From: an uncultured Syntrophomonadaceae bacterium
GTDB lineage: Bacteria; Bacillota; Dethiobacteria; DTU022
Length of the DNA stretch: 41,850 nucleotides
Assembly (NCBI GenBank): GCA_964345455.1
Contig: CAYFRE010000004.1
Coordinates: 1-41,850, forward strand
Direction: 5' to 3'
Shown here: positions 1-8,402 of the stretch, piece after piece
Layout: each line of letters begins with the position of its first letter
Numbering within the stretch: the stretch's first letter is position 1
Notes under the pieces: model-generated
What the model saw: only the letters and a program-made list of their open reading frames with translations
The model's database searches: none
What the model was told of the DNA's origin: nothing
Translations under genes and position numbers: made by a program

Positions 1-81
1 AAGAGTGCACACGGCCTTGCCGGCCCCGGCCTTGAGCAGCTCATTCAGGCCGTCCCTGGCGATCTCTTTTGAATTATTCAT
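1..81 (-). CDS. PmbA/TldE-family protein, first 27 codons only (gene runs off the left edge)
   Basis: ATG at 81 on the minus strand, with GGGAGG at 91-96. It reads MNNSKEIARDGLNELLKAGAGKAVCTL and stays open to the window edge. It starts 2 nt after the stop of the TldD-like gene, the usual tldD/pmbA tandem. The family call rests on context only. Confidence 0.4.
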   Translation of the reverse strand, partial: MNNSKEIARDGLNELLKAGAGKAVCTL

Positions 82-83
82 GT

Positions 84-1463
84 TTACCTACCTCCCACGT
101 TAACCTGGCATTTGATCGCCGGTCCGCCCATGCCCACGGGGATCGGCTGCTTCTTGCCGCACATTCCGCCGCTCAGCCAGCTCATCTCGCCGGAGACCAT
201 GGAGACGGTTTTTAAAACATCGAAGGCCACACCCGAGATGGTGGTATCCTTGATCGCCCGGCCGATTTTGCCGTTTTTGATCTCATAGCCAAGGACAATC
301 CCAAACATAAATTCGCTGGTCGAATCGGCCTGGCCGTTGCCCGGTTTGATGAGGTAGTAACCGTCGTCAACGGAAGCGATCATATCTTCAAGAGTGGCCG
401 TGCCCGGGAGTATGGCCGTATTGCGCATCCGGATGAGGGGTTCGTCCGAGTATGCATAAGCGCGGGCATTGCCCGCAGGCGCTACGTGGACATGGTTGGC
501 GCTCTCCTTGTTATGCAGGAAACTTTTCAAGACACCCTCTTCGATGAGCACGGCATCTTTCGCCGCGGTGCCCTCGTCGTCCACGTAAACGGGAACAGGG
601 CAGGTCTCGCCTTTGTATGAGTTTGCGAAATCGATCAGGGTGATCAGGGGGCCGGCCACCTCCCGGCCGATTTTATCCCCGGCCACGGAGCCGCTCATGA
701 CGATGTCCGCCTCCACGGTATGGCCAATGGCCTCGTGGGCCAGGATGCCGGCCAGGTCGGCGTCGAGAACGCAGGTTTTCAGCCCGGCATCTGTGAACAC
801 CCCTTCACCTTTCTTAATCAGGTGGTGATACTGCCGGGCAACCTTCTCGAAAAGCTCTCCGGGCGTGGAAAATTGATCTTCAAACTGCCCCAGACCGCCA
901 TAAACATCGAGCAGCTCCACCGGGTGGCCGTTCTTTATCACAGAGAGGTGGACATAAATGAAGCTCCTGGGGATCATGGAATGAGAGTAAGATCCGTCCG
1001 AAGTCAGCAGCCTTTTCTCCATGTCGAGGCAGCGCAGCGAGAGCGTCCGCCCCGCCAGTTGCGGGTAGGTAGAGGCGATATGATCGTCGAGTTCCCGGAT
1101 AAACTCAACCAGATCTTTTTGGCTTAACCTGGGCCTGGCCGTGGAGAAGTCATTCTCTGAAGAGGCCGGGACCGCGGGCAGCGGATCCTTTTCTTTTTGT
1201 TCTTTTGAATCGAGGAAGAGAGCATTATCCGTGGCCGCCCGGATCGCCGTTTTAACGTTTTCTTCAGAGATCCCGGGATGAGAGGCGAAGCCCCAGGAAC
1301 CGTTACGGTAGACCCGCGCCGATATGCCGCCGGTTGACGAACGGGAGTTCAACGTGTTGCTGCCCTTGACGAAAGTAATATTTACAGACCGGTTCTCCTG
1401 GACTCTCAGCTCGGTATAGGCGGTAAAGAGCCCTTTGTAGTCATGCAGATTCATGTTAAGCAA
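84..1463 (-). CDS. tldD: TldD/PmbA-family metalloprotease (TldD-like)
   Basis: Long ORF with an HEAIGH metallopeptidase motif and a Gly-rich C-terminus (GGMCGKKQPIPVGMGGP) typical of TldD/PmbA. The likely start is TTG 1463, with GGAGG at 1471-1475 and a 7-nt spacer. ATG 1454 is an alternative. The ORF-track start at 1541 has no RBS. Confidence 0.85.
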   Translation of the reverse strand: MLNMNLHDYKGLFTAYTELRVQENRSVNITFVKGSNTLNSRSSTGGISARVYRNGSWGFASHPGISEENVKTAIRAATDNALFLDSKEQKEKDPLPAVPASSENDFSTARPRLSQKDLVEFIRELDDHIASTYPQLAGRTLSLRCLDMEKRLLTSDGSYSHSMIPRSFIYVHLSVIKNGHPVELLDVYGGLGQFEDQFSTPGELFEKVARQYHHLIKKGEGVFTDAGLKTCVLDADLAGILAHEAIGHTVEADIVMSGSVAGDKIGREVAGPLITLIDFANSYKGETCPVPVYVDDEGTAAKDAVLIEEGVLKSFLHNKESANHVHVAPAGNARAYAYSDEPLIRMRNTAILPGTATLEDMIASVDDGYYLIKPGNGQADSTSEFMFGIVLGYEIKNGKIGRAIKDTTISGVAFDVLKTVSMVSGEMSWLSGGMCGKKQPIPVGMGGPAIKCQVNVGGR

Positions 1464-1772
1464 ATAGATCCCTCCTTGCATGTGGGGGCGAACAGTATAA
1501 CCGACACAATGACAATACCGGTTCCTTATTGCAGCATACATACCATATTATAGTATTTGGAAGCTCCCGGGTCAATGAATCCTTCGAGCCGCGCTTCTCC
1601 CCGCCTGCTCTGAGCTCCCCTGTTCTCCCAGCATAAATTGCGCTAAGCAGGGCATAGCTAAACTTGCAATATTAATATGATCACTCATGTACATGATTAT
1701 TTTCCGAAATGCTTAGGGAAAACGTTATGCAGACCGCAACAAATCATAATGCCGTTTTGAAGGAGGTGAAAA

Positions 1773-1988
1773 GTGATGCCGCATCAACAGCTCGGAATTC
1801 ATGAAAAGATCGAGTTGCACGAGCTTCTGACCATGAAAACGGTTTGTGCGGGAAAGTCCATGGCCATGAAAGAGATGGTCACCGACCCGCAGCTAATTTC
1901 CTTGCTGGAGCAGGACGCCAACAAGGCCAGGGAGCATATACGAGAGCTGCAGGATATAATTGCCGGCGGTTCTGCCGGTTTCCAGTAA
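1773..1988 (+). CDS. small spore coat protein, CotF (Coat_F) family
   Basis: GAAGGAGG RBS at 1760-1767, then GTG 1773 / ATG 1776. The LGIHEKIELHELLT...DPQL..LL motif matches the Coat_F pattern of B. subtilis YraD/YraF/CotF-type proteins. Confidence 0.7.
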   Translation: MMPHQQLGIHEKIELHELLTMKTVCAGKSMAMKEMVTDPQLISLLEQDANKAREHIRELQDIIAGGSAGFQ

Positions 1989-2012
1989 AAATCAATGAAG
2001 GAGGTTTTTCTC

Positions 2013-2300
2013 TTGGTACAAAACGTGACCGAGAAAATTAGCGATCAGGTCATCGCCCCTGATTTGCTTCTTGCCGCCAAAAACGGTGTGCGGACCTACG
2101 CTTACGCCATTACCGAGGCGCATTCACCGGCAGTGCGCAGTGTTTTGAAACGGCATCTCGATGATGCCATCAGTTTCCACCAGCAGGTAGCCGACTATAT
2201 GGTCAACAAGGGGATGTATTATCCTCACGATCTGGAAAAGCAGATCCAGACAGACCTGTCCAATGCGCAGTCGGTTTCCGGGGCGGCCTTTAACACCTGA
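2013..2300 (+). CDS. spore coat protein, CotF (Coat_F) family
   Basis: Same operon. The product has the Coat_F pattern (D..IA.DLL..AK......A..EA..P.VR...). AAGGAGG at 1998-2004 lies inside the ORF-track start, so in-frame TTG 2013 (8-nt spacer) is the better start than ATG 1995. Confidence 0.7.
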   Translation: MVQNVTEKISDQVIAPDLLLAAKNGVRTYAYAITEAHSPAVRSVLKRHLDDAISFHQQVADYMVNKGMYYPHDLEKQIQTDLSNAQSVSGAAFNT

Positions 2301-2335
2301 TTGCTCGTTACAAACCTGCTCATGGAGGGAAGCCA

Positions 2336-3022
2336 ATGTTTAAATATGACCGCAACCTGCTCCAGCCGGTGAAGGTGGAGAGGCCCAACCCTACCTACGC
2401 CGCCATGCTGGTTGAACAGCTGGGCGGCCCCCAGGGTGAGTTGAAGGCGGCAATGCAGTACATTTCGCAGAGCTACCGGATCAAAGATCCCGAAATCAAG
2501 GACCTGTTTATGGATATCGCCGCGGAGGAGCTCAGTCACATGGAGATGGTGGCCACGGCGGTAAATCTGCTTAACGGCCATGATGTTGATTCCACCGCGG
2601 TGGAAAGCGGCACCATTGAGCACCAGGTCCTCACCGGGCTCGCCCCGTATCTGGCCAACGCCTCCGGTTTCCCCTGGACAGCCGCCTACGTCAACGTGAC
2701 CGGGGACCTGCCCGCGGATCTGCTTTCCAACATAGCCGCGGAGCAGCGGGCCAAGGTGGTCTACGAGTACCTGCACCGCCAGATTGCGGATAAGCATATC
2801 CGCGAGATGATCGACTTTCTCTTGAACCGCGAAGAGGCCCACAACACTCTCTTCCGCCAGGCTTTGCAGAAGGTCCAGGGGACCGGGTCTACCCGCGACT
2901 GGGGTGTTGATGAAAATGCCCGGCTTTACTTTGACCTCTCCAATATAGGCGGGCGGCAGTTCTCCCTTGAACAGCCCCAGCCGCCTTCTTCCAACGAGCC
3001 GGCGCAGCCGGCCCCGTCCTAA
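2336..3022 (+). CDS. cotJC: manganese catalase-family spore coat protein (CotJC-like)
   Basis: The N-terminus MFKYDRNLL.PV.VE.PNP.YA..L.EQLGG..GELKAAMQY..QS and the EELSHMEMV di-metal motif are characteristic of the CotJC/Mn-catalase family. GGAGGGA RBS at 2324-2330. Confidence 0.9.
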   Translation: MFKYDRNLLQPVKVERPNPTYAAMLVEQLGGPQGELKAAMQYISQSYRIKDPEIKDLFMDIAAEELSHMEMVATAVNLLNGHDVDSTAVESGTIEHQVLTGLAPYLANASGFPWTAAYVNVTGDLPADLLSNIAAEQRAKVVYEYLHRQIADKHIREMIDFLLNREEAHNTLFRQALQKVQGTGSTRDWGVDENARLYFDLSNIGGRQFSLEQPQPPSSNEPAQPAPS

Positions 3023-3029
3023 ACAGCCC

Positions 3030-3059
3030 GGGAGCCCCCGCTTATGTTCAGGGGCTCCC
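3030..3059. terminator. GC-rich hairpin between convergent genes (possible bidirectional terminator)
   Basis: GGGAGCCCC (3030-3038) pairs with GGGGCTCCC (3051-3059) across a 12-nt loop. It follows the cotJC-like stop directly. There is no clear U-tract on either strand. Confidence 0.45.
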
Positions 3060-3061
3060 CA

Positions 3062-3292
3062 TTACGTTAGAGAACCTGGCCGGGATAATTTTTTTTCACC
3101 CGGTATTGTGCCTTTAAGACGCAACCCGTCAATGAATTGATTTCTTAATAATCTTTCTTTCAAACCTTTACCATACACCCTTTCCCTAAGAATACCGGCA
3201 TCAGGCATTTTTGCTATTTCTTCAAGAATTTGTTTGGCTTCATCTGCTCGATAGTTTAAATCAATAGCTTTCCCTACCACCCATATTCTCAC
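3062..3292 (-). CDS. hypothetical 76-aa protein in the low-GC island (no family recognised)
   Basis: GTG-initiated ORF with AT-rich codon usage like the adjacent IS and unlike the flanking genes. I see no clear RBS and recognise no motif. Confidence 0.3.
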   Translation of the reverse strand: MRIWVVGKAIDLNYRADEAKQILEEIAKMPDAGILRERVYGKGLKERLLRNQFIDGLRLKGTIPGEKKLSRPGSLT

Positions 3293-3423
3293 ATTAATAT
3301 TTTCATGTTTCAGGCTGTTTATGATAATCTAAAAGTACCCCGGGGTAATAATTGAAAACTCCCCCACCATAGAATAAGCTCTCCTGTGCATAGGAACCAG
3401 AGGATACATAGGAGGCCGGGGAG

Positions 3424-4115
3424 ATGATAAAGAACCCACCGAAGCGCTGCTTAAGCTATCTTTGTATTATGGATTTAACTACAGGTTTTGTAACGCCCGG
3501 GCCGGTTGGGAAAAGGGGCATGTGGAGCGTAGAAATATGATACAGCAAGGGTTACTGAGCTGAGGGTGGGCAAGTATTCCACCATATGTGTAGATACCTG
3601 CCGCTACTCGGTGCCAGATCAGTACGTGGGGGAATTTTTATTCGTTAAGATATACACTTCTTGCATCTTTTGTTACTACAAAGATCGGAAAGTAGCCGTC
3701 CATGAGCGTAAATACGGCCCGAGGAAGTGGAGCATCAAAATTACCCATTACACCAGAACTCTGAAAAGAAAGCCCGGTGCCCTTGCTGGCAGTTTAGCCC
3801 TACAGCAAGCGGAACCGGGACTTCAAAAAATTTACCGTGAACATTATAACGGAAAAGAATAATAATTCATAGAGTTGCTCGAGCTGGTGGGCGAAAAAGG
3901 TTGAGCTAAAGTAGCGGCAGCCGTGGAGGCTCTGAGAAAGGTATCCCCTACCCACTTGTCAACGAAGAAAATCGATATCTATCTGCAAGCGCAACGATGA
4001 CAATATTTTGCCGGGTAATGGAGATGACACGCTGACCATGTCCAAGGGTATTCTCGAATCTTACAGCCGGCTTCTAAACGGCAGTGTTAACAAATTCGAT
4101 CAAGGAGTCCAGGTG
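3424..4115 (+). pseudogene. istA: istA (IS21 transposase) pseudogene: N-terminal/catalytic region deleted, several frame breaks and stops
   Basis: Fragments such as ...YGFNYRFCNARAGWEKGHVER... (about 3470-3535), the 98-aa ORF 3566-3862 (CVDTCRYSVP..YVG......) and ...ELLELVGEKG*..AAVEALRKVSP... (3863-4110) resemble the C-terminal half of IstA. They lie in different frames and are interrupted by stops. A normal IstA is about 400-500 aa. Confidence 0.7.
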
Positions 4116-4117
4116 CT

Positions 4118-4885
4118 ATGATTACAAAACGGGAAATAAATGAACAGATAGAAAATTATTGCAAAGAATTGAGACTCCCGGCTATCAGGCAGAACTTTGT
4201 AGAAGATGCCCGGGAAGCAAATCAAAATAATTATGGTTATGAGGAATTCTTGTATTACCTATTGCAAAAACAAAGTGACTTAAGGCGGGAAAACGGGAAA
4301 AAGAACAGGATCCGCTTGGCCAATTTCCCCTCAAAGAAATATCTTGAAGATTTGATTGTAGAGGATTTACCGGAGGATGCCAGAAAAAAGTTAAAACTTC
4401 TTAGCTCCCTTGAATTTATTAAAACAGGGCAAAACGTTATACTGGCGGGCAATGCTGGTACCGGGAAAACCCATATTGCCACGGGCCTCGGAATCAAGGC
4501 TTGTTTGGAAGGATACAAGGTGCTTTTTACTACTGTACCTTTGTTAGTCAACCAGCTTAAAGAATCCCGCTCCGCCAAGGTCTTAAGAGCCTTCGAAAGT
4601 AAGTTTGAAAAATATGACCTGGTTATCGCTGATGAGCTGGGCTATATTTCTTTTGATAAAGAGGGTTCAGAACTTTTGTTTACCCACCTATCTTTAAAGG
4701 CTGGTCGCAAATCAACCATTATCACTACAAATTTATCTTTTGAAAGGTGGGAGGAAATATTTAAAGATCCAGTGATGACAGCCGCCATGATCGATCGGCT
4801 CACTCACAAGTCGTATATTGTGAATATGAACGGTAACTCTTATCGCTTAAAAGAAACAAAAAAATGGTTGGAGGAACAAGAATGA
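4118..4885 (+). CDS. istB: IS21-family helper ATPase IstB
   Basis: 255 aa with Walker A GNAGTGKTH and Walker B LVIADELG, plus the IstB-like C-terminus (ERW...F.D..M..A.IDRL.H). GGAG RBS upstream of ATG 4118. Confidence 0.9.
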   Translation: MITKREINEQIENYCKELRLPAIRQNFVEDAREANQNNYGYEEFLYYLLQKQSDLRRENGKKNRIRLANFPSKKYLEDLIVEDLPEDARKKLKLLSSLEFIKTGQNVILAGNAGTGKTHIATGLGIKACLEGYKVLFTTVPLLVNQLKESRSAKVLRAFESKFEKYDLVIADELGYISFDKEGSELLFTHLSLKAGRKSTIITTNLSFERWEEIFKDPVMTAAMIDRLTHKSYIVNMNGNSYRLKETKKWLEEQE

Positions 4886-5009
4886 GCATGTTTTTTTAAC
4901 TTTAAGTGGGGGAGTTTTCGATTAAAATATGGGGGATTTTTCAATTGACAAATACATCGCCGGTATAGAGCTCCCTCCTCTGAGCTTCTCCGGCAGGAGG
5001 GGGGACAAT

Positions 5010-6716
5010 CTATTCTGAGATCATTTCAAAGCAGGCGATCAGATCGCGGTTGCCTTCCACAGGAAAAGTATATATAGCCGTATCGCAGACATGCGCACCG
5101 TATTCCGTCCACCCGCTAAATCTATATCCTTCATCAGGTATGGCCTTCAAAGTAACTTCAGAGCCGTAAATATAAAAACCGCTCCCTTCTACACATCCGC
5201 CATCTCCGGCAGAAGCGGTAATTGTATATTCCCTCAACTTGAAATTTGCGCTCAAAATGCGGTCGGCGGTGACTCGAACCGCCAAGTCAGGATCTGTTCC
5301 CAGGATATCTCCATTCTCGGTCCAGTTCACAAAATCATAGTGCGTTTGCGGCCTGGCTGAAACTTTCACTTCGGTACCGTATCTATATTGGACCTCGCCG
5401 CCCCCCGTGACCTCTCCGCCCTGTTCGGGACTTACCCGGCAGGTTATTGTAAAATGGGTCCGGTAACCCGGTAGATTTTGCGCGGTAACCAGTGGCAGCG
5501 CCCTCGTTTTGGGCCAGATTGTCTTCAGGTCGCTCATATTCAAATAACCGGTTGTATATTTCCCTATCTCCACCGTGATACAGGGAATTTTTAAATTATA
5601 TACTACCCATGCGGTCAGGTGTGAAGGCGAATCCCAGGTCACCCATCGAGAAGGATAAGCCTGGTAGCCTGAATAGTTGCTCATGGCCTGGACTATTTTT
5701 TGATCCCTTTCCATTATCTTGCTGCCATGAAGAAAAAAAAAAAAATACCAAAAGAAGCGATTTCCCGTTGAATGGTAGGTGAGAATCGCTTCAAAGTTAC
5801 CCTGCCGGATTAAGCCGGCAATTGCTTTGCTCTCCGGTTCACTTTCCGGAGAAAGGCCGGGATATTCCTCGAACCAGGGTTTCCGGGGCGTCTTTGGAGC
5901 ATTTTTGTGCTTCTCCCACCCCTGGGGCCCTGCCGAGTGCTGGCGGTTGAGATCCACCCCGCGGATGTTGGCTTTCCACCGGGTAAAATTGTCACTTTTC
6001 CCGGGTTTCATGGCCAGCAACTGATCATGTTTATCCTCGGGAAAAGCAGCCAGGCCGTGCTGCGCCAGCGTTACTCCATCGGGGTTTTGCATGGGTACGA
6101 AGAGCATAGTGTATTGATCCAGCACCTCCCTGACCGGATATCCGCCCACGGTGCCGCCGCTGCCGTATGCCTGGGCATAAGTCTCTATGGTTTTTACCAA
6201 CAGCGCACTGGTGAGCCATTCCCGGGCATGACATGCACCCACAATCAAGATCCTCTGATCTCCCTTGCCCATGGAGAGAGACCACAGGTTCCGGCCCTCG
6301 ACAGAGCTGCCCACGCTGCCGAGTTTGATCAAATCCGGATATGCCCCCTTCAGCGAATGCAGCCTGGATGTCATCTGCTCATATGTATAAATTGAAGAAG
6401 CCGGCAGCGGATAAACCATGGGAACAGTCCGCCCCGGCGGAGACGATGAACCCTTTGCCCCTTTGCCTTTTTCTTCCACATCATCCCCTGCTTTCGCTTC
6501 AGCTTCAACAGGCGGACCGGCAGCAGAGGTATAGACGGCAGGAGGCCCGCCAATGCGGCGGTTATCTCCATTTCGGGAACAAGCATCGCTTTCGCCCGTA
6601 TGGAGACTGCCATCAGATGTGGGAGATTGCCCGCCGGCTCCGGGTAGGGCGGCGGCAATAAAAAATATAACGAGAAGATAGGCTGCGATCAATAAGGAAA
6701 GTTTTGAACGATCCAT
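5010..6716 (-). CDS. secreted M14-family zinc carboxypeptidase (gamma-D-glutamyl-diamino-acid peptidase-like) with C-terminal InlB-B/Listeria-Bacteroides-type repeats
   Basis: Zn ligands are present: HAREW (HxxE), YHSTG and the catalytic E in ITVEIG. The C-terminus has two repeats of the type Y.I...A...GG.V.G.G.Y..G..V...A.P..GY.F..W.E.G. Start is ATG 6716 with GGAGG at 6724-6728, followed by a signal/TM segment LSLLIAAYLLVIFFIAAA. The ORF-track start at 6749 is rejected. Confidence 0.85.
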   Translation of the reverse strand: MDRSKLSLLIAAYLLVIFFIAAALPGAGGQSPTSDGSLHTGESDACSRNGDNRRIGGPPAVYTSAAGPPVEAEAKAGDDVEEKGKGAKGSSSPPGRTVPMVYPLPASSIYTYEQMTSRLHSLKGAYPDLIKLGSVGSSVEGRNLWSLSMGKGDQRILIVGACHAREWLTSALLVKTIETYAQAYGSGGTVGGYPVREVLDQYTMLFVPMQNPDGVTLAQHGLAAFPEDKHDQLLAMKPGKSDNFTRWKANIRGVDLNRQHSAGPQGWEKHKNAPKTPRKPWFEEYPGLSPESEPESKAIAGLIRQGNFEAILTYHSTGNRFFWYFFFFLHGSKIMERDQKIVQAMSNYSGYQAYPSRWVTWDSPSHLTAWVVYNLKIPCITVEIGKYTTGYLNMSDLKTIWPKTRALPLVTAQNLPGYRTHFTITCRVSPEQGGEVTGGGEVQYRYGTEVKVSARPQTHYDFVNWTENGDILGTDPDLAVRVTADRILSANFKLREYTITASAGDGGCVEGSGFYIYGSEVTLKAIPDEGYRFSGWTEYGAHVCDTAIYTFPVEGNRDLIACFEMISE

Positions 6717-6869
6717 CAGGCTACCTCCATGTGCGTAAAACTGTATCATTTTCCATATATTTTTTTAATTCGAGGTTAATCAACATATTTCCTTTTAATT
6801 TCTGAAACGTAAACCGGTGCTGAACGATGCCCCTACAGGGGTTAAAGAATGGTATAAAGCAGCATGATG

Positions 6870-6903
6870 GAATGAGAAGAAAGCGGGCGGCCTGGCGCCG
6901 CCC
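6870..6903 (-). terminator. rho-independent terminator candidate after gatB
   Basis: On the minus strand, GGGCGGC-gccag-GCCGCCC (6885-6903) is followed by the T-rich gcTTTCTTCTCATT. It lies about 50 nt downstream of the gatB stop. Confidence 0.55.
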
Positions 6904-6953
6904 TTCTCAAAAACAGATTCACGGGATAGCATTGAGAAATAACCCGGTACGCG

Positions 6954-8384
6954 CTACAGTTTCTCCCGGAAAAGGCGGTTTAGCTCTTGCGGATCGGCGC
7001 GGCCCCTGGTCATGGCCATTACTTTTCCGACCAGGAAGGCCAGTGCCTTCTCCTTTCCCTTGCGATAGTTTTCCACTGCAGCAGGGTTTTCAGCGATGAC
7101 CTGCTTCACCAGCGGTTCCAGCGTCTCCTCGCCCGATATTTTACCCAAGCCCCGCTGCCGGACCAGTTGGCGCGGCGAGGCGCCGCTTTTGACCGCCTCC
7201 GCCAGGAGCTCCTTGGCCACGGGGCGGTTGATCTCGCCGGTATCAAGCAGTTCGAGCAGCTCCACCAGGATTGCGGGAGCAAGCTCCTCCACTTTTCTCC
7301 CGCTCTCGCGCAGCCGGTAGATCAGGTCCCCCTGCACCCAGTTGGCCAGGTTGCGGTAGTCGCGGTAGCCCTCTGCCGCCGCTTCAAAAAAGTCGGCCAG
7401 CTCGCGGGTTCCGGTAAGCATGGCGGCCTCTTCAGCCGAGAGATCGTAACGCTCCCGCAGGCGCTGCCGCCTCTGCCGCGGCAGTTCGGGAAGCCGCTCC
7501 TTAATCGCTTCAATATAGGAGCGCTCCAGGAGCAGCGGCGGCAGGTCCGGCTCCGGGAAATAGCGGTAATCGGCTGCTCCTTCCTTTTTCCGCATGACCA
7601 CGGTGACCCTGCGGCTGTCATCCCAGTGGCAGGTAGCCTGGAACAGTTCGCCTCCCCCGGCGAGGATCCGGCCCTGGCGTTCGGCCTCGTAATTCAAGGC
7701 CTGCTCCACCGCCCGGAAAGAATTTAAGTTCTTGACCTCCGTCCGGATGCCCAGCTCCTCAGATCCGGCCGGGCGCAGCGAGATGTTGGCGTCACAGCGC
7801 AGGGAACCCTCTTCCATCTTCACATCGGAGACGCCGGTATAGAGCAGCAGCGTGCGCAACTCTTCAAGAAAGAGTCGCGCCTCCTTTCCCGAATAGATCT
7901 CCGGAGCGGTGACGATCTCCAGCAGCGGCACTCCGGCCCGGTTGTAGTCAACGAGGGAGTAAGCAGCACTCAAGATGGAGTCCCCGGCATGAATGAGCTT
8001 GCCCGCCTCCTCCTCCAGGTGGGCCCGGTGCAGGTTGACCCTGCGGCTGCCTTCGGGAAAATCTATTTCGAGATATCCTCCCCAGGCCAGCGGCTCATCG
8101 TCCTGTGAAATCTGGTAGGCTTTCGGTAGGTCGGGATAGAAGTAATTTTTTCGGGCAAATACACTTTTCTCTTGCACCCGGCAGTTCAGGGCCAGGGCCG
8201 CCAGAACGGCATATTCCACAGCGCGGCGGTTCAGCAGCGGCAGGGTGCCGGGCAACCCCAGGCAGCCCGGGCAGCAGTTGGTGTTCGGTTCTGCTCCGAA
8301 GGCGGTGCTGCATCCGCAAAATATCTTAGAGCGGGTCTGCAACTCTACATGGATCTCGAGACCGATAATTGCTTCATATTCCAT
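6954..8384 (-). CDS. gatB: Asp-tRNA(Asn)/Glu-tRNA(Gln) amidotransferase subunit B
   Basis: The N-terminus MEYEAIIGLEIHVEL.T.SK.FC.C is the canonical GatB signature, and the C-terminus has a YqeY-like tail. GGAGG RBS. Confidence 0.95.
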   Translation of the reverse strand: MEYEAIIGLEIHVELQTRSKIFCGCSTAFGAEPNTNCCPGCLGLPGTLPLLNRRAVEYAVLAALALNCRVQEKSVFARKNYFYPDLPKAYQISQDDEPLAWGGYLEIDFPEGSRRVNLHRAHLEEEAGKLIHAGDSILSAAYSLVDYNRAGVPLLEIVTAPEIYSGKEARLFLEELRTLLLYTGVSDVKMEEGSLRCDANISLRPAGSEELGIRTEVKNLNSFRAVEQALNYEAERQGRILAGGGELFQATCHWDDSRRVTVVMRKKEGAADYRYFPEPDLPPLLLERSYIEAIKERLPELPRQRRQRLRERYDLSAEEAAMLTGTRELADFFEAAAEGYRDYRNLANWVQGDLIYRLRESGRKVEELAPAILVELLELLDTGEINRPVAKELLAEAVKSGASPRQLVRQRGLGKISGEETLEPLVKQVIAENPAAVENYRKGKEKALAFLVGKVMAMTRGRADPQELNRLFREKL

Positions 8385-8402
8385 CCAGAAGTAAACCTCC
8401 TT

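Larger units (their letters stand above)
3346..4950 (+). mobile_element. decayed IS21-family insertion sequence (about 1.6 kb; istA remnant plus istB)
   Basis: Left repeat AATTGAAAACTCCCCCAC (3350-3367) is the inverted copy of right-end repeats GTGGGGGAGTTTTCGATT (4906-4923) and ATGGGGGATTTTTCAATTGACA (4929-4950). Multiple terminal repeats are typical of IS21. The interior carries IstA- and IstB-like coding sequence, and the whole segment is visibly lower in GC than its surroundings. Confidence 0.8.

Noticed and set aside
3566-3862. 98-aa ORF as an independent gene
   Set aside because: It is an internal fragment of the IstA transposase frame. It is flanked by further IstA-like sequence in other frames and has no RBS, so I treat it as part of the istA pseudogene.
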